From a virus, in the IMG/VR virus record IMGVR_UViG_3300027969_000060, positions 44,992 to 108,991 of that record: 64,000 bases of DNA. One strand, given 5' to 3'. Made by a program: the position numbers and the translations under genes. This document shows, piece by piece, positions 48,101 to 59,357 of this stretch (position 1 is the stretch's first letter; each line of letters starts with the position of its first letter). The notes under the pieces were generated by a model. That model was given only the letters and a program-made list of their open reading frames with translations, was not told where the DNA came from and made no database searches.

Positions 48101-51100
48101 TATTCCACAAACGCCTACTAAATTAGGAATATGGCCAAAGTATGAACCAAAGATTTTTGTTGATACAAGTCTTATAACACCGAGAACAATGATACAAGGC
48201 CACGATGGCAGTTTAGTGTTATCATATGGCGATTACCGTGACGATTTAATTTTAGAATTAGAAAAGCGTATCTTTAATAATGTCAAAGTAAAATACGATA
48301 CAACTATATTTAACATACACGATTTTGATCCTAGTTATGTTAGAACAACTAATTACAGTTTAGCAGATTTTAACGAAACATTAGCCCCACAATTTTTTAA
48401 ATGGACGGGATTAGTTAACAAAGATTTTACTAAGCCGTTGTCGTATGATAAAATTAATCCATTAACTTATAATCACAAGGGGTATGCGGCACCAGATGGT
48501 AGGCAAATTCCTGGCTACTGGAGAGGAGTATATCGATGGATGCTAGACACTGACCGCCCTAATAATGCACCATGGGAGATGTTAGGGTTTACCTTAGAGC
48601 CAGTGTGGTGGACATCAGTGTATGGCCCAGCCCCATATACAAGTGATAACAAGATTTTATGGCAAGACCTTAGTGAGGGATTGGTAAAAGAACCAGGCAA
48701 GCCGGTTGTTCAATTAACAAAATATGTTAGACCTTTTTTACTAGATCATATTCCTGTTGACGAAAACGGGAATATAATTAGTCCTATTGATGCAGGCATT
48801 GCTAATGGTAGTGGAATTGAAAACAATGCTGATTATGTATTTGGTGATGTAAGCCCGGTTGAATCAGCATGGCGCAGAAGCAGTTATTATCCTTTTGGAT
48901 TTTTATCTACTATACTACTATTGTCCCCAGCTAAAGTGATAGGACTAATATTAGATAGATCAAGAATTATTAGAAACTTAACAGGCCAGTTAGTTTATAA
49001 AGATACTGGATTAAGGATCTCTCCAGCATCTGTAGTATTACCGAGCATTTATTCTAGTACAAGTAGAGTGCAAACTGCCGGTTTAATTAATTATATTGTA
49101 GACTATATACTCAGTGATAATTTAAGATCATATAATGCATTTCAGTATAATTTAAAAAATATTAACCCCCAACTAAGTTATCGACTAGGTGCGTTTACTA
49201 GTAAAGAAAAATTTAATTTCTTACTGGATAGTAAATCAGCAACAAGCACCGGCGGAATTTTTATACCGCAAGAAGATTTTGATGTAATTTTAAATATAAG
49301 TAGTCCTGTTAAAAAAATTACTTATAGCGGTGTAATTATTACGCGGTTACCAAACGGATACGACATAAAAGGTTACAGCAAAACACAACCGTATTTTAAA
49401 TATTATCCATATCTTAAAGATGGCCCAACAATTAATGTTGGTGGTATTTCTGAAGAATTTTCATCTTGGACAGCTAACCAGCAATATGCATCCGGTAAAA
49501 TTGTAAAGTATAACAATCGCTATTATAGAGCAAATTCAACTCACCTAACTATTGATGTATTTGAACCTAAATTTTACCAGGCGCTAGCAAGTCTTCCTGT
49601 TGTCGGCGGTCGAGAAGCAACCCTTAGAACAGTATGGGATCGAACAACGGTAATAACAATTCCATATAGTACTAAATTTAGAACTGTACAAGAAGTTGTT
49701 GACTTTTTGTTAGGCTACGGCGAATGTTTAAAAGACCAAGGATTTATATTTGATAATTTTAACACAACATTAGAAGCTGTAACTAATTGGGAAACTAGCG
49801 CAAAAGAATTCCTATTCTGGACAACTCAAAATTGGGCTAGCAGTCAAGACAAGTGGCAAGATTGGCTTCCAAATGTAGAAACTAAGTATCAAGAAATTAT
49901 AAAATACAATGGAGAATACTATCAAGCTATTCGACTTAGTCCTGGATCTTCAATCTTTATAGATGATGATTTTGAAAAGTTAGATGGGTTATCTACTGTT
50001 GGTAGTAGTGTTATTAGTTTAAGTCCGGCGGCATATAGTGTTAATTTCTCAGTGCCATATACAGTAGTTGATGATATTAAAAGTGCTTTTAACGGTTACG
50101 AAATTTTTAAAGTTGACGGATCACCAATTGCCCCTACCTTTTTAAATTCTTACAGATCTGATAATGCGGTAAGTTATACCCCAGACGGTTCAGACGGTAT
50201 ATTTGGTGTATCATTTTACCTTGTGCAAAAAGAACAAGTTATTCTTCTTAAGAATACTACAATGTTTAACGATACAATCTACAATCCAGAAAGCGGATAT
50301 AGACAAGAGCGCATAACAGTTTCTAGTTATGTAAGTACTGGCTGGTACGGTTCTTTTGATGCTCCTGGATTTATATTTGACCAAGCTAAGGTACAAGAGT
50401 GGGCACAGTGGACTGACTATGCATTGGGTGATATTGTTAAGTATAAAGAATTTTATTATAGTGCTAAGTCTCAAGTTCCGGGAACTGCAGAATTTAATGA
50501 TGTTAGTTGGATTAAACTAGCAGGCAAACCTAAACCTGCCTTGTTGCCTAACTGGAGCTATAAAGCAGAACAGTTTAACGATTTTTATAGTCTAGATAGT
50601 GACAATTTTGATGTAGGCCAGCAAAAAATGGCTCAGCATTTAATTGGATACCAAAAACGTCAATACCTTGAAAACATTATTAAAGATGATGTTAGTGAAT
50701 TTAAATTCTACCAAGGTATGATTATTGAAAAGGGTACACAAAACGTTTTAAATAAATTGTTTGATGTACTGAGTGTTGAAGGCGAAGAAAGTTTAAAATT
50801 CCACGAAGAGTGGGCAATTCGAGTTGGACAGTATGGCGCAAGCTCTGCATTTGAAAATATTGAATTTATTTTAGACGAATCACAATTTAAAAACAATCCT
50901 CAAGGTTTTGAACTAGTAACCTCAATCGATCCTGAATTATCTGATTTTATTATCCGCCAGACTTTTAATGATGTTTATTTAAAGCCAGTAGGATATAACA
51001 ATAATCCATGGGCTACTGTTAAAAATTACAATCCTTATTTACGAAGTCCTGGTTATGTTCGAGCTAATGAAGTTAGTGCAGTTTTAAAAACTATAGAAGA

Positions 51101-54100
51101 TATTGCAAATGAAGATACTGCAAATATTAATAATGGTGATTATGTTTGGGTAGGATTTGCACCTAAACCTAAAGACTGGGATGTCTTTAGATATACTCCT
51201 GCATCTTTTGAAGTAGTAAATGCAACCCATGTTGGAGCAGACCAAGAAGTAATCCTTGAAATTAACAAGTTAGCAACCTTGATGCCCGGCACTTACTTAG
51301 GTATTGAACATGTATCGTTTAACGGGTTTTATAAAGTTAAAAGTTCTATCCTTAACACAATTATTTTAGAATATACACAACCTGATTGGCAGGAATTTGT
51401 TCCGGGTACTAGTGTTCAAGTGTTTATATTAGAATCAAAGAGAGTAGGATCAATCGATCTTGCGGACACAGTATTCACTAAAAAAATTAACACCGGTGAG
51501 TTATTATGGACTGACAATTCCGGTGATGGACTATGGGCTACTTGGGAATATAATCCAGTATATCAGAAAACACAATTAAAATCTCAAGCACCTACTAAAG
51601 GGTTAGGCTTTGGTCAAACAATAAGTTTAAACAAAGCCGGATCAGTGGCGGCAGTATCAACAAATACTGGTGAGATTAGCATTTTTAGCAAAGATAATCC
51701 TAGTGTACCTTGGGTTCAAAAGCAGACAATTGCTAAACCGGTTATATCAGATAATGAAAAAATATGGAACAGTATTACTGTATACTCTGTAAACGATATT
51801 GTGTTTTATATAAATTCTTGGTACGTTCCAACACAGACAGTACCATTAAATACTCCGCCGGCAACTAATTTAGATTATTGGGATCGGGTTTATTATTCAG
51901 ATATTACTGCAATGTCCTCAGATGGTACTTGGCTTGCAGTAGCAAACCCAACTGCCTCAAATGTATTAACTAACGAAGACGGCACAGTAGGAAGGTTAGG
52001 AACTCCGTCGGAGTTGACAAAACAAGGAGTTGTATCTATCTATAAAAGAGATAGTAACGGAGTGTATTCTTTAGTCAACACGTTTGTAAGTCCAGACCCA
52101 ACCGACAATGAGCTATTTGGATCTGCACTATCATTTGGTAATTCTGTGTTATTTGTTTCGGCAATTGGGAACGACAATCAAACAGGCCGCGTTTATCAAT
52201 TTACTTACGGGCAAACTGTGTACGGAACTGCATTGTATAATCCAATAGGTAGTTTGGATACCGTAATTAAAGTAACCACTACTGCCGGTGTTGCGCCGGG
52301 AATGGAAGTAGTTGGCGCAGGATTTACACGCGGGCAGGTTGTTGAAGAAGTACAAAGTCCTACACTACTAAAGCTAAGTGCCGCACCAGATTCGGAGCCA
52401 AGCGGCCGATTGAAATTTGTAATAACTGATTGGAGTTACGAAGATTTATTTGGATTCTCTATGGGAGAAACTGTTGGATCACAATTTGGTTTTAGTTTAG
52501 ATGTTAGCAATGATTCTTCTACACTAGTAGTTTCAGCACCTCAGGATAAAAAAGTATTTGTTTATCAAATCATACCAGATGCAATGCCGATACATGATCA
52601 GACTATAACAGGTGATGATTTAGAGTTTGGATATAGTTTAACAATTTCTGATAATGCAGAGTACGTTGGAATTTCATCAATATTAGCAGACAATACTAAG
52701 GTAGATCAAGGTGCAGTATACATTTATAAAAAATCTAATGATGAGTATACCATTACCCAGTCACTAACAAATATTGCACCTGAAGATGCAGGATATTTTG
52801 GTAGCAAGATTTCCTTCATGAACAATTATAATACATTGGTTGTTTATAGTGCTGCCGCAAATACATCGGTGGCGACAACTTTTGATGCTAGCGAAACAAT
52901 ATTTGATGACAAGTTAACATCATTCTCAACTCAACACAAAGATAGTGGCCGTGTTGATGTGTATGACAGATACAACAATAATTGGGTGTTTAGCGAAAGT
53001 TTGCCAATGGATAATACAGCCGATGACCGATACGGTTACAGCGTAGCAATTGGAGCTAACCATGTATTTGTTGGTGCACCTAGTGCAATTGACCGTACAA
53101 AAGCTGCCGGCGTAATCTATGAATATAGCAAGTATGAAAATAGATACAGTTGGGAAATTTTACATAAAGAAATTAAAAAAGTAGATTTAACTAAAATTAA
53201 ATCAGCATTCTTATACAATAAAGAAACCAACAAGTTAATTACATACCTTGATGTTATAGATCCAGTACAAGGAAAAATTCCAGGTATTTCTGAACAAGAG
53301 ATCAAATATAAAACATTTTATGACCCAGCAACTTATAGTGTTGGTAATAGTGCAGTTAATGTTGATGACGGTATGGCTTGGACTAAAGAGCATGTTGGCG
53401 CATTATGGTGGGATCTAAGTACTGTTAAATTCTTAGATAGTCACGACAATGACACTGTTTATAGAAATAGTTCTTGGAATACATTGTTTCCGGGTTCGAG
53501 CATTGACATATATGAGTGGGTAGAATCATCTTTATTGCCAGCAGGTTGGAATGCACAAGCTGACACTGATACTGGAATAACACTTGGCATCAGCGGCACA
53601 ACCTTATACGATAATTCAGTGTATAGTGTTGAGAAAAAATATGATAATGTAAGCAAGTCATTTAGAAATACATATTTCTACTGGGTTAAAAATAAAGCAA
53701 CAGTTCCAAACATTGCTACTAGACATATATCTGCACAAGATGTATCAGAGCTAATTGCAAACCCACGTGGACAGGGATATAAGTTTTTAGCAATTACTGG
53801 AACTAATTCTTTTAGCCTTGTAAACGTTAGTCCGTTGCTAGAAGACAATAATGTGGTATTATCAGTACAATACTGGATAGCTGACCACCAAAATCAAAGC
53901 GTACATAGTCAGTGGAAAATTATCAGTAGAAACCCAACTACTATATTGCCTCAAAGCATTGAATTAAAATGGTTTGATAGTCTATGTGGTAAGGACGAGC
54001 AAGGACGACTAGTACCTGATCCAGTGCTAGCACCAAAAATTAAATATGGTGTTGAAAATAGACCTCGCCAGAGTATGTTTGTTAATCGATTTGAAGCCTT

Positions 54101-57100
54101 AAAACAACTATTTGAAAAAGTAAACATTGGTTTATCAACCGAACAGATCATAGGCCAAAAGAATATTAGTTTATTAGAATCGCATGACCTTGAGCCGAAT
54201 ATCAATTTAGGATTATATGATGTAGTATTTGATACCGATGCTGAGTTACGTTTTGCAAACGTAGGAAGATTTAAAATAGCAGAATTAATACCAATAATTG
54301 TTAATGGTGCAATAACTGGAGTTACTATTGTTTCAAAAGGTAATGGTTATGTTAACGCACCATATGTTGATATATCAGGCAACGGCGTAGGGGCTAAAAT
54401 AAAAGCAATTATTAACACTAGAGGACAAGTCACAGGTGTAACAGTCATCACATCGGGTGAAGGGTATACTGATGCAACAATTATGACATTGAGATCCTAC
54501 TGTGCATTAGTGCATTCTGATTCTCAAGCATTAGGCACATGGAGTATATATTCATATGATCTTTCTACATTCCAATGGTCTAGAATTCGATCACAAAGCT
54601 ATGATACTAGAAAATACTGGAATTACATTGACTGGTATGCAACGGGATATAATGCATATTCTCTAGTAAATTATTCAGTGCAAACTTTTGTAGAATTAAA
54701 TGCAGTAGAAACCTCAATTGGACAGCTAGTTAAAATAAATTCTACAAGTGAAGGCACCTGGCTATTGCTAAGAAAGTATGCCGACTCAATGTCAGTAGAT
54801 TGGACACAAAGTTACGAAATTGTTGGAGTTCAAAACGGAACTATACAATTTAATTCTTCATTGTATACTTTTACTAACACAAGTTACGGATACGATGGTT
54901 CAGTGTATGACGGAAATATATTTGACAATTCTGCATCTATTGAGCTTAGAAATATTTTAACTTGTTTAAAAAATAATATTTTAATTGATACACTACGCCA
55001 GCAATATTTAGATTTATTCTTTTCTTCAGTTAAGTATGCATTTGTTGAACAAAATTATATTGACTGGATTTTTAAAACAAGTTTTGTAAAAGCTCAGCAC
55101 AATGTTGGCGAACTTAAACAACCGATAACATACTCTAGCGATAACCTAGCAGATTTTGAATCATATGTTTCCGAAGTCAAACCTTATAGAACAAAAGTTA
55201 GAGAATATGTTAGTTCTTACTCTAAAACTGATAAGAGTCAGTTGTCTATAACTGATTTTGATATACAACCAGTATACTATGACGGTGCATTACAAGTAAT
55301 TGATGCTAGAGTAATAGATGATGTTATCCAAGTAGAACAAAACGCATTAATACAAGAATATCCGTGGAAGCACTGGGTTGACAATGTTGGATACACAGTA
55401 ACTGAAATTAAATTAGTTGATGGCGGCTCTGGATATCGTATGGAACCAGTTGTAAGATTTTCAAATATTTCAGGTAGCGGTGTTAGTGCTCGAGCATTAA
55501 TAGCCAATGGAAAAGTTAATAGAATAATTTTATTAACAAAAGGTTCTGGATATCTAAAAGCACCCGTTGTACTAATAGAAGGTGGATTAGCAGAAGGCGG
55601 AGTCTCAGCTACCGCAGTTGCAATAATTGGAGATAGCCTTGTCCGTTCTAATTTAATTAAAATAAAATTTGATCGACTAACACAAAATTATTTTATCACA
55701 CAATTAGAAGAAACCGAAACATTTGTAGGAACCGGAAGTCGTTTACAATTTCCATTAAAGTGGGCACCTGACGTAAGGATCGGTAAAGCAGTAGTTACTG
55801 TTAACGGTGTAAGCGTGTTACGGGATGATTATAAATTAAAAATAGTAAAATCAACAGCTAGAGGTTATACATCTTATGCAGGATCAATCACTTTTGACAA
55901 GGCCATTGAGAAAAATATTGTTGTAGTTGTAAATTACATTAAAGATTGGTCATTATTAAATGCCGCTGATCGTATCCAATATTTTTATAACCCATCATCG
56001 GGTGACATTGGTAAAGACTTGTCTCAGTTGATGACAGGTGTTGATTACGGCGGCGTAATTATAAACGGATTAAGCCTAGTAGAAACTGAAGGATGGGATA
56101 GTGTACCATTTAATAATGACAAATGGGATAGTGCAGACTCTACGTTCGATGATTACATTGTTACAGTTGCAGCCAATACACACTCCTTTACATTACCATA
56201 TATTCCCAAAGCTGGTACTATAATTAACTTGTATTATATCAAACAATACAGCGTAGAATATGTGTCAAATGGTGTTATTCTCGATTACCAATACGATCCA
56301 TATGCTACATCGTTATCAGTATATGTTGATTATACAATTACTACTACCGCATTAAACATTAAAGGTAATACAACATTAATCATTCCTAACACTAGCGTAG
56401 TTAAAGAAGGGGATGTTGTAACAACGGCATTATCCGGAGTGTTTAGTTATGGTACACGAGTAGAAAGTATTGTTAATGGCACAACGCTGAAATTAGATCA
56501 AATTTTGTTTGATGACATTGCCAGTGGAACTAACATTACATTTAGAAAACCGTTAGTGAAGAATATTGACTATACAATTAATGTTATTGGTTTATTAACA
56601 CTTACCGAAGCCGCTACCAATAATTCTACTATAATAATTACATCACCTCTAGACTCTATTCGTTTAGATGATCCAGAATACAGTTCTGTTAGTTTAGGTG
56701 ATTGGCTACCAAGCAATAGTTATATAGTTGGCAATGTTGTTACTGTTAAAACAAATAGATATGTATGTAAAACAGTACACACCTCGTCCCAGGACTTTTT
56801 AACAGATACATCAAGCAAGTGGAGATTAATAACTCCGACAGCAATTATTGATACATTTGTTGGAAACGACGAAGACGATACAATTACTATTGATGGTTCT
56901 TACCAAGTAAATGCAGGTGATAAGTTTATCTTACGTAAAAATACTAGCGACGGTAGTATTAAACCTCAAGAAAATGATTATGACACAGCATTAATTGGCG
57001 GCGACTTAGCTTACCAAAGTGCAACCGGTCTTCGCGCAGAAGACATCATCGTCGACGGTGACGGCTTTGTAACACCAACAAGTAGTCCGGCAACTGAAGA

Positions 57101-59354
57101 AGTTGTTCCGGGACATGTATTTGATGCAGTTTCAATTAAGGTATATGATAGGCCAACAACTGGCTCAGCGAATATTAAAGTTAATAACTATGTTGCTGAC
57201 GGAATCACATACGAATTTAATATTGGTCAACAAATTAACAGCAGTCAAGCAGTAATTGTAAAAGTAGATAATGAAATTAAAGATGTACGCCGCACAATTT
57301 TAACACCCCCACCGCCAACAACTATCGGTGATTACGATGTTAATTTTGTTAACGATAAGATAATATTCAATGTTGCACCGGCAGCAAAACAAATTGTTAC
57401 AATTTATAGTTTTGGATTTAGTGGAACAAACATTTTAGATCTTGATTATTTTGTTGGTAATGGCACTACACAAGAATTTATTACTAAAGCGCCGTGGCTG
57501 TCAGACCTTACTTCGTTGGTATATATTGACGGGGTTCCTACATCAGTTGAATTATTTGAAACAGATCTAAGTTATGAAAGTAATAAACGAACAGGTTTAC
57601 GATTTAATGTTCCACCACCAGCTAATTCAATAATTAATTTTATTGTGGTTAGCGGAATAGAACAAACATTTGCAATAACAACAACTGAAAAAATTGCTAC
57701 TGACGGTCGAGAAAATCTTGGTCCGCCTCCATTAAGCACCCCATTAGGTACTTCGACTTATTCTTTAGAAAATAAAATAGGTGATTCTAAACCTGTAGAA
57801 TCTAATATGATTGTTAGAGTAAACCAAGAAATATTACCAGCGGCAAACAACAGTTATTATAAAGTTGGCGGAAAAAATGGACAACAATTAACTTACATTA
57901 TTGATGAAAATAAATTTAAACCTTATACATTAAATATTACAGACATTGTAGTTTATGTTGGTGATGTCATGTTACGTTTAGGTCCAGATTTTACAATTGA
58001 TCTAAGCATAATAAATGTTAAAATTAACCGCCGTGTACGAGATTTATATTTAGGACAGACATTGGTTGTAAGTATAGTTCCAAATAGAGATAATTTAGGA
58101 CAAAGTTATATATATTTGCCAGGTGTTAATAATACCCAACCACGAATTGTATTCAACCAAATATATACAGAATCTGATACCGTTGAAGTTATTAGTTCAT
58201 ATAAACATGACGTGTTAGATATCCAGAGAACTACTGTAACTGCAACTACTGATATTGTAGCAACTCCTAATACTTTAGAATATTACAATTATGTTGGAGT
58301 TACTAACGGTGTTATTAAATTAGATAGAGCAGTTATTGATGAGCGTTATGTTTGGGTAACTAAAAATAATACATTATTAACACCAAGTATAGATTTTAAA
58401 CTTACTTCTGATAAACAATTTGTTAAATTAGCAGATGAACCCAACATGGGCGATGAAATTTCCATTATGACATATAGTAACAATGTGCTAGTATCTGGAA
58501 TTGCATATATGCAATTTAAAGATATGTTAAACAGAACACACTTTAAGAGATTGAGTGCTAATAAACAAACGCAACTGTTACGAGATTTAAAATACAATGA
58601 TGTGGAAATTTTCCTAATTGATGCTACTAACTTTGATTTGCCTAATAAATTAAATAATAAACCTGGCGTAGTTGAAATACGAGGCGAACGCATTGAGTAT
58701 TTTGAAATTACTGGAAATATTTTACGTCAGCTCCGCCGAGGAACATTAGGAACCAGCACCCCATTAGTACACAACGCAGGTGCATTTGCTCAAGATATCG
58801 GGCCAGGCGAAACTATACCTTATACTGACACTCTAACTATTGACAACGTTATATCAAATGGAACTAATACTGTAAACTTAACATTTGTTCCTGGAAACTT
58901 TGATACAACATGGGAATATTTAGGAACATCAATGTCCTTAAGTAAATCATTGGAACTAGCAAAATCAGCTGTTGAAGTATTTGCAGGTGGGATTCGATTA
59001 AAGAAAAATCCGTACAAAGTTTATAGTGTTGATGTTCATCCAGAAAGTCCCGAAGGTGATGTTGAGTTTGACGAAGAGTTTACAGTTAACAATATAACAA
59101 AAACAGTTGAGTTAACAGTGCCTGTTGCGTTTGGTACTCGAGTTACTGTAGCAAAACGCACCGGCATTGCGTGGGACTCAACAAGAAATATTTTATATAC
59201 TGATAATAAGGTTGCTGGATTCTTAAAAGCTGAGCCCGGCATTTGGTATACTAGTATGAAACAGATAAGTACTGTTACACCAATCATTACAACTTCTTTT
59301 GATAGTACATCAACAGGGTTTGACAGCACAACTATAACATTTGATCAAGGATAA
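45171..59354 (+). CDS. Giant baseplate-associated structural protein (gp7-position, multidomain)
   Basis: 4727 aa directly after gp6. WDPxIDWDK.VNF..YYW, FG-GAP-like propeller repeats, CBM-like W...Y..GD.V repeats, VKPYRTKVR motif. Confidence 0.7.
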   Translation: MADSINPNNKNQSANFLPRFYRTDSNKKFTQATVDQLIQNGTVKKINGFIGRQNAKASTADDIFINAVTPNRQNYQLEPGLVVKDTLDNVTFFKDYQDYINQLTVFGSNTKNHSVVNEQEFYSWDPHIDWDKFVNFQNYYWLPFGPDVINVAGQQQAITSTYTVTLESEGDSYEYIFTPNGITRNPTLTLFKGQTYTFDIASPGNPFSIKTQRTAGTLDRYQPYGITNFAVEQGTITFTMPHDAPSVLYYVSESDINLGGVIHVKTIDENTRINVDTEISGKKSYTLPNGTPLSNGMKVKFIGNVSPEKYASGEFYVEGVGAEINLIKESDLELISAYTTSESVLFDTTPFDNLPFSDATAFAGTRDYIIINRASPDRNPWTRYNRWFHKDVINASSTYNNKVPNLDQTARAVRPIIEFEAGLKLFNFGLTATIDVDLIDNYTTDVFSTIEGAFGYNVDGTPLVNGHRILFTADTDEFVKNKIYRVEFIDVQRLNSGSRQIHLVLEEEPIEYQVAIIKQGVINQGQSYWFNGSTWIKGQQKTSLNQAPLFDIVDNNKVSYGDTSIYEGSTFVGTKLFSYKVGSGTSDTNLGFALSYKNINNIGDIVFNFNILTDTFRYKQLVDVITVNTDIGFLTRISPETRIISYTNGWKKSEVTEYQAGVRIYKNTYKTISGKQVQILNNFDIDTFDNKDDLGDLVVKVYINGIRLDKEFWDVVSGPVYKKVVLTTNIKPADVLTIKTFARQPINQNGYYEVPLNLQNNPMNNQITEFTLGEVIDHVGSIVDNLNNFNGSYPGAGNLRDLGNTTAYGTKFVQHSGPLGLSLYHITSQENNIIKALDESKEDYNKFKRNFISIIDTIGIHDTNPITQVNLILKEINKDVPKTSAYYFSDMVGSGANIYNSYTVIDYRIKTYPLSAVFNLDELSNKAVYVYLNGTQMLFDKDYTFNDQGYIEITDGVNLQNDDTITVYEYENTDGCFIPQTPTKLGIWPKYEPKIFVDTSLITPRTMIQGHDGSLVLSYGDYRDDLILELEKRIFNNVKVKYDTTIFNIHDFDPSYVRTTNYSLADFNETLAPQFFKWTGLVNKDFTKPLSYDKINPLTYNHKGYAAPDGRQIPGYWRGVYRWMLDTDRPNNAPWEMLGFTLEPVWWTSVYGPAPYTSDNKILWQDLSEGLVKEPGKPVVQLTKYVRPFLLDHIPVDENGNIISPIDAGIANGSGIENNADYVFGDVSPVESAWRRSSYYPFGFLSTILLLSPAKVIGLILDRSRIIRNLTGQLVYKDTGLRISPASVVLPSIYSSTSRVQTAGLINYIVDYILSDNLRSYNAFQYNLKNINPQLSYRLGAFTSKEKFNFLLDSKSATSTGGIFIPQEDFDVILNISSPVKKITYSGVIITRLPNGYDIKGYSKTQPYFKYYPYLKDGPTINVGGISEEFSSWTANQQYASGKIVKYNNRYYRANSTHLTIDVFEPKFYQALASLPVVGGREATLRTVWDRTTVITIPYSTKFRTVQEVVDFLLGYGECLKDQGFIFDNFNTTLEAVTNWETSAKEFLFWTTQNWASSQDKWQDWLPNVETKYQEIIKYNGEYYQAIRLSPGSSIFIDDDFEKLDGLSTVGSSVISLSPAAYSVNFSVPYTVVDDIKSAFNGYEIFKVDGSPIAPTFLNSYRSDNAVSYTPDGSDGIFGVSFYLVQKEQVILLKNTTMFNDTIYNPESGYRQERITVSSYVSTGWYGSFDAPGFIFDQAKVQEWAQWTDYALGDIVKYKEFYYSAKSQVPGTAEFNDVSWIKLAGKPKPALLPNWSYKAEQFNDFYSLDSDNFDVGQQKMAQHLIGYQKRQYLENIIKDDVSEFKFYQGMIIEKGTQNVLNKLFDVLSVEGEESLKFHEEWAIRVGQYGASSAFENIEFILDESQFKNNPQGFELVTSIDPELSDFIIRQTFNDVYLKPVGYNNNPWATVKNYNPYLRSPGYVRANEVSAVLKTIEDIANEDTANINNGDYVWVGFAPKPKDWDVFRYTPASFEVVNATHVGADQEVILEINKLATLMPGTYLGIEHVSFNGFYKVKSSILNTIILEYTQPDWQEFVPGTSVQVFILESKRVGSIDLADTVFTKKINTGELLWTDNSGDGLWATWEYNPVYQKTQLKSQAPTKGLGFGQTISLNKAGSVAAVSTNTGEISIFSKDNPSVPWVQKQTIAKPVISDNEKIWNSITVYSVNDIVFYINSWYVPTQTVPLNTPPATNLDYWDRVYYSDITAMSSDGTWLAVANPTASNVLTNEDGTVGRLGTPSELTKQGVVSIYKRDSNGVYSLVNTFVSPDPTDNELFGSALSFGNSVLFVSAIGNDNQTGRVYQFTYGQTVYGTALYNPIGSLDTVIKVTTTAGVAPGMEVVGAGFTRGQVVEEVQSPTLLKLSAAPDSEPSGRLKFVITDWSYEDLFGFSMGETVGSQFGFSLDVSNDSSTLVVSAPQDKKVFVYQIIPDAMPIHDQTITGDDLEFGYSLTISDNAEYVGISSILADNTKVDQGAVYIYKKSNDEYTITQSLTNIAPEDAGYFGSKISFMNNYNTLVVYSAAANTSVATTFDASETIFDDKLTSFSTQHKDSGRVDVYDRYNNNWVFSESLPMDNTADDRYGYSVAIGANHVFVGAPSAIDRTKAAGVIYEYSKYENRYSWEILHKEIKKVDLTKIKSAFLYNKETNKLITYLDVIDPVQGKIPGISEQEIKYKTFYDPATYSVGNSAVNVDDGMAWTKEHVGALWWDLSTVKFLDSHDNDTVYRNSSWNTLFPGSSIDIYEWVESSLLPAGWNAQADTDTGITLGISGTTLYDNSVYSVEKKYDNVSKSFRNTYFYWVKNKATVPNIATRHISAQDVSELIANPRGQGYKFLAITGTNSFSLVNVSPLLEDNNVVLSVQYWIADHQNQSVHSQWKIISRNPTTILPQSIELKWFDSLCGKDEQGRLVPDPVLAPKIKYGVENRPRQSMFVNRFEALKQLFEKVNIGLSTEQIIGQKNISLLESHDLEPNINLGLYDVVFDTDAELRFANVGRFKIAELIPIIVNGAITGVTIVSKGNGYVNAPYVDISGNGVGAKIKAIINTRGQVTGVTVITSGEGYTDATIMTLRSYCALVHSDSQALGTWSIYSYDLSTFQWSRIRSQSYDTRKYWNYIDWYATGYNAYSLVNYSVQTFVELNAVETSIGQLVKINSTSEGTWLLLRKYADSMSVDWTQSYEIVGVQNGTIQFNSSLYTFTNTSYGYDGSVYDGNIFDNSASIELRNILTCLKNNILIDTLRQQYLDLFFSSVKYAFVEQNYIDWIFKTSFVKAQHNVGELKQPITYSSDNLADFESYVSEVKPYRTKVREYVSSYSKTDKSQLSITDFDIQPVYYDGALQVIDARVIDDVIQVEQNALIQEYPWKHWVDNVGYTVTEIKLVDGGSGYRMEPVVRFSNISGSGVSARALIANGKVNRIILLTKGSGYLKAPVVLIEGGLAEGGVSATAVAIIGDSLVRSNLIKIKFDRLTQNYFITQLEETETFVGTGSRLQFPLKWAPDVRIGKAVVTVNGVSVLRDDYKLKIVKSTARGYTSYAGSITFDKAIEKNIVVVVNYIKDWSLLNAADRIQYFYNPSSGDIGKDLSQLMTGVDYGGVIINGLSLVETEGWDSVPFNNDKWDSADSTFDDYIVTVAANTHSFTLPYIPKAGTIINLYYIKQYSVEYVSNGVILDYQYDPYATSLSVYVDYTITTTALNIKGNTTLIIPNTSVVKEGDVVTTALSGVFSYGTRVESIVNGTTLKLDQILFDDIASGTNITFRKPLVKNIDYTINVIGLLTLTEAATNNSTIIITSPLDSIRLDDPEYSSVSLGDWLPSNSYIVGNVVTVKTNRYVCKTVHTSSQDFLTDTSSKWRLITPTAIIDTFVGNDEDDTITIDGSYQVNAGDKFILRKNTSDGSIKPQENDYDTALIGGDLAYQSATGLRAEDIIVDGDGFVTPTSSPATEEVVPGHVFDAVSIKVYDRPTTGSANIKVNNYVADGITYEFNIGQQINSSQAVIVKVDNEIKDVRRTILTPPPPTTIGDYDVNFVNDKIIFNVAPAAKQIVTIYSFGFSGTNILDLDYFVGNGTTQEFITKAPWLSDLTSLVYIDGVPTSVELFETDLSYESNKRTGLRFNVPPPANSIINFIVVSGIEQTFAITTTEKIATDGRENLGPPPLSTPLGTSTYSLENKIGDSKPVESNMIVRVNQEILPAANNSYYKVGGKNGQQLTYIIDENKFKPYTLNITDIVVYVGDVMLRLGPDFTIDLSIINVKINRRVRDLYLGQTLVVSIVPNRDNLGQSYIYLPGVNNTQPRIVFNQIYTESDTVEVISSYKHDVLDIQRTTVTATTDIVATPNTLEYYNYVGVTNGVIKLDRAVIDERYVWVTKNNTLLTPSIDFKLTSDKQFVKLADEPNMGDEISIMTYSNNVLVSGIAYMQFKDMLNRTHFKRLSANKQTQLLRDLKYNDVEIFLIDATNFDLPNKLNNKPGVVEIRGERIEYFEITGNILRQLRRGTLGTSTPLVHNAGAFAQDIGPGETIPYTDTLTIDNVISNGTNTVNLTFVPGNFDTTWEYLGTSMSLSKSLELAKSAVEVFAGGIRLKKNPYKVYSVDVHPESPEGDVEFDEEFTVNNITKTVELTVPVAFGTRVTVAKRTGIAWDSTRNILYTDNKVAGFLKAEPGIWYTSMKQISTVTPIITTSFDSTSTGFDSTTITFDQG

Positions 59355-59357
59355 AAG

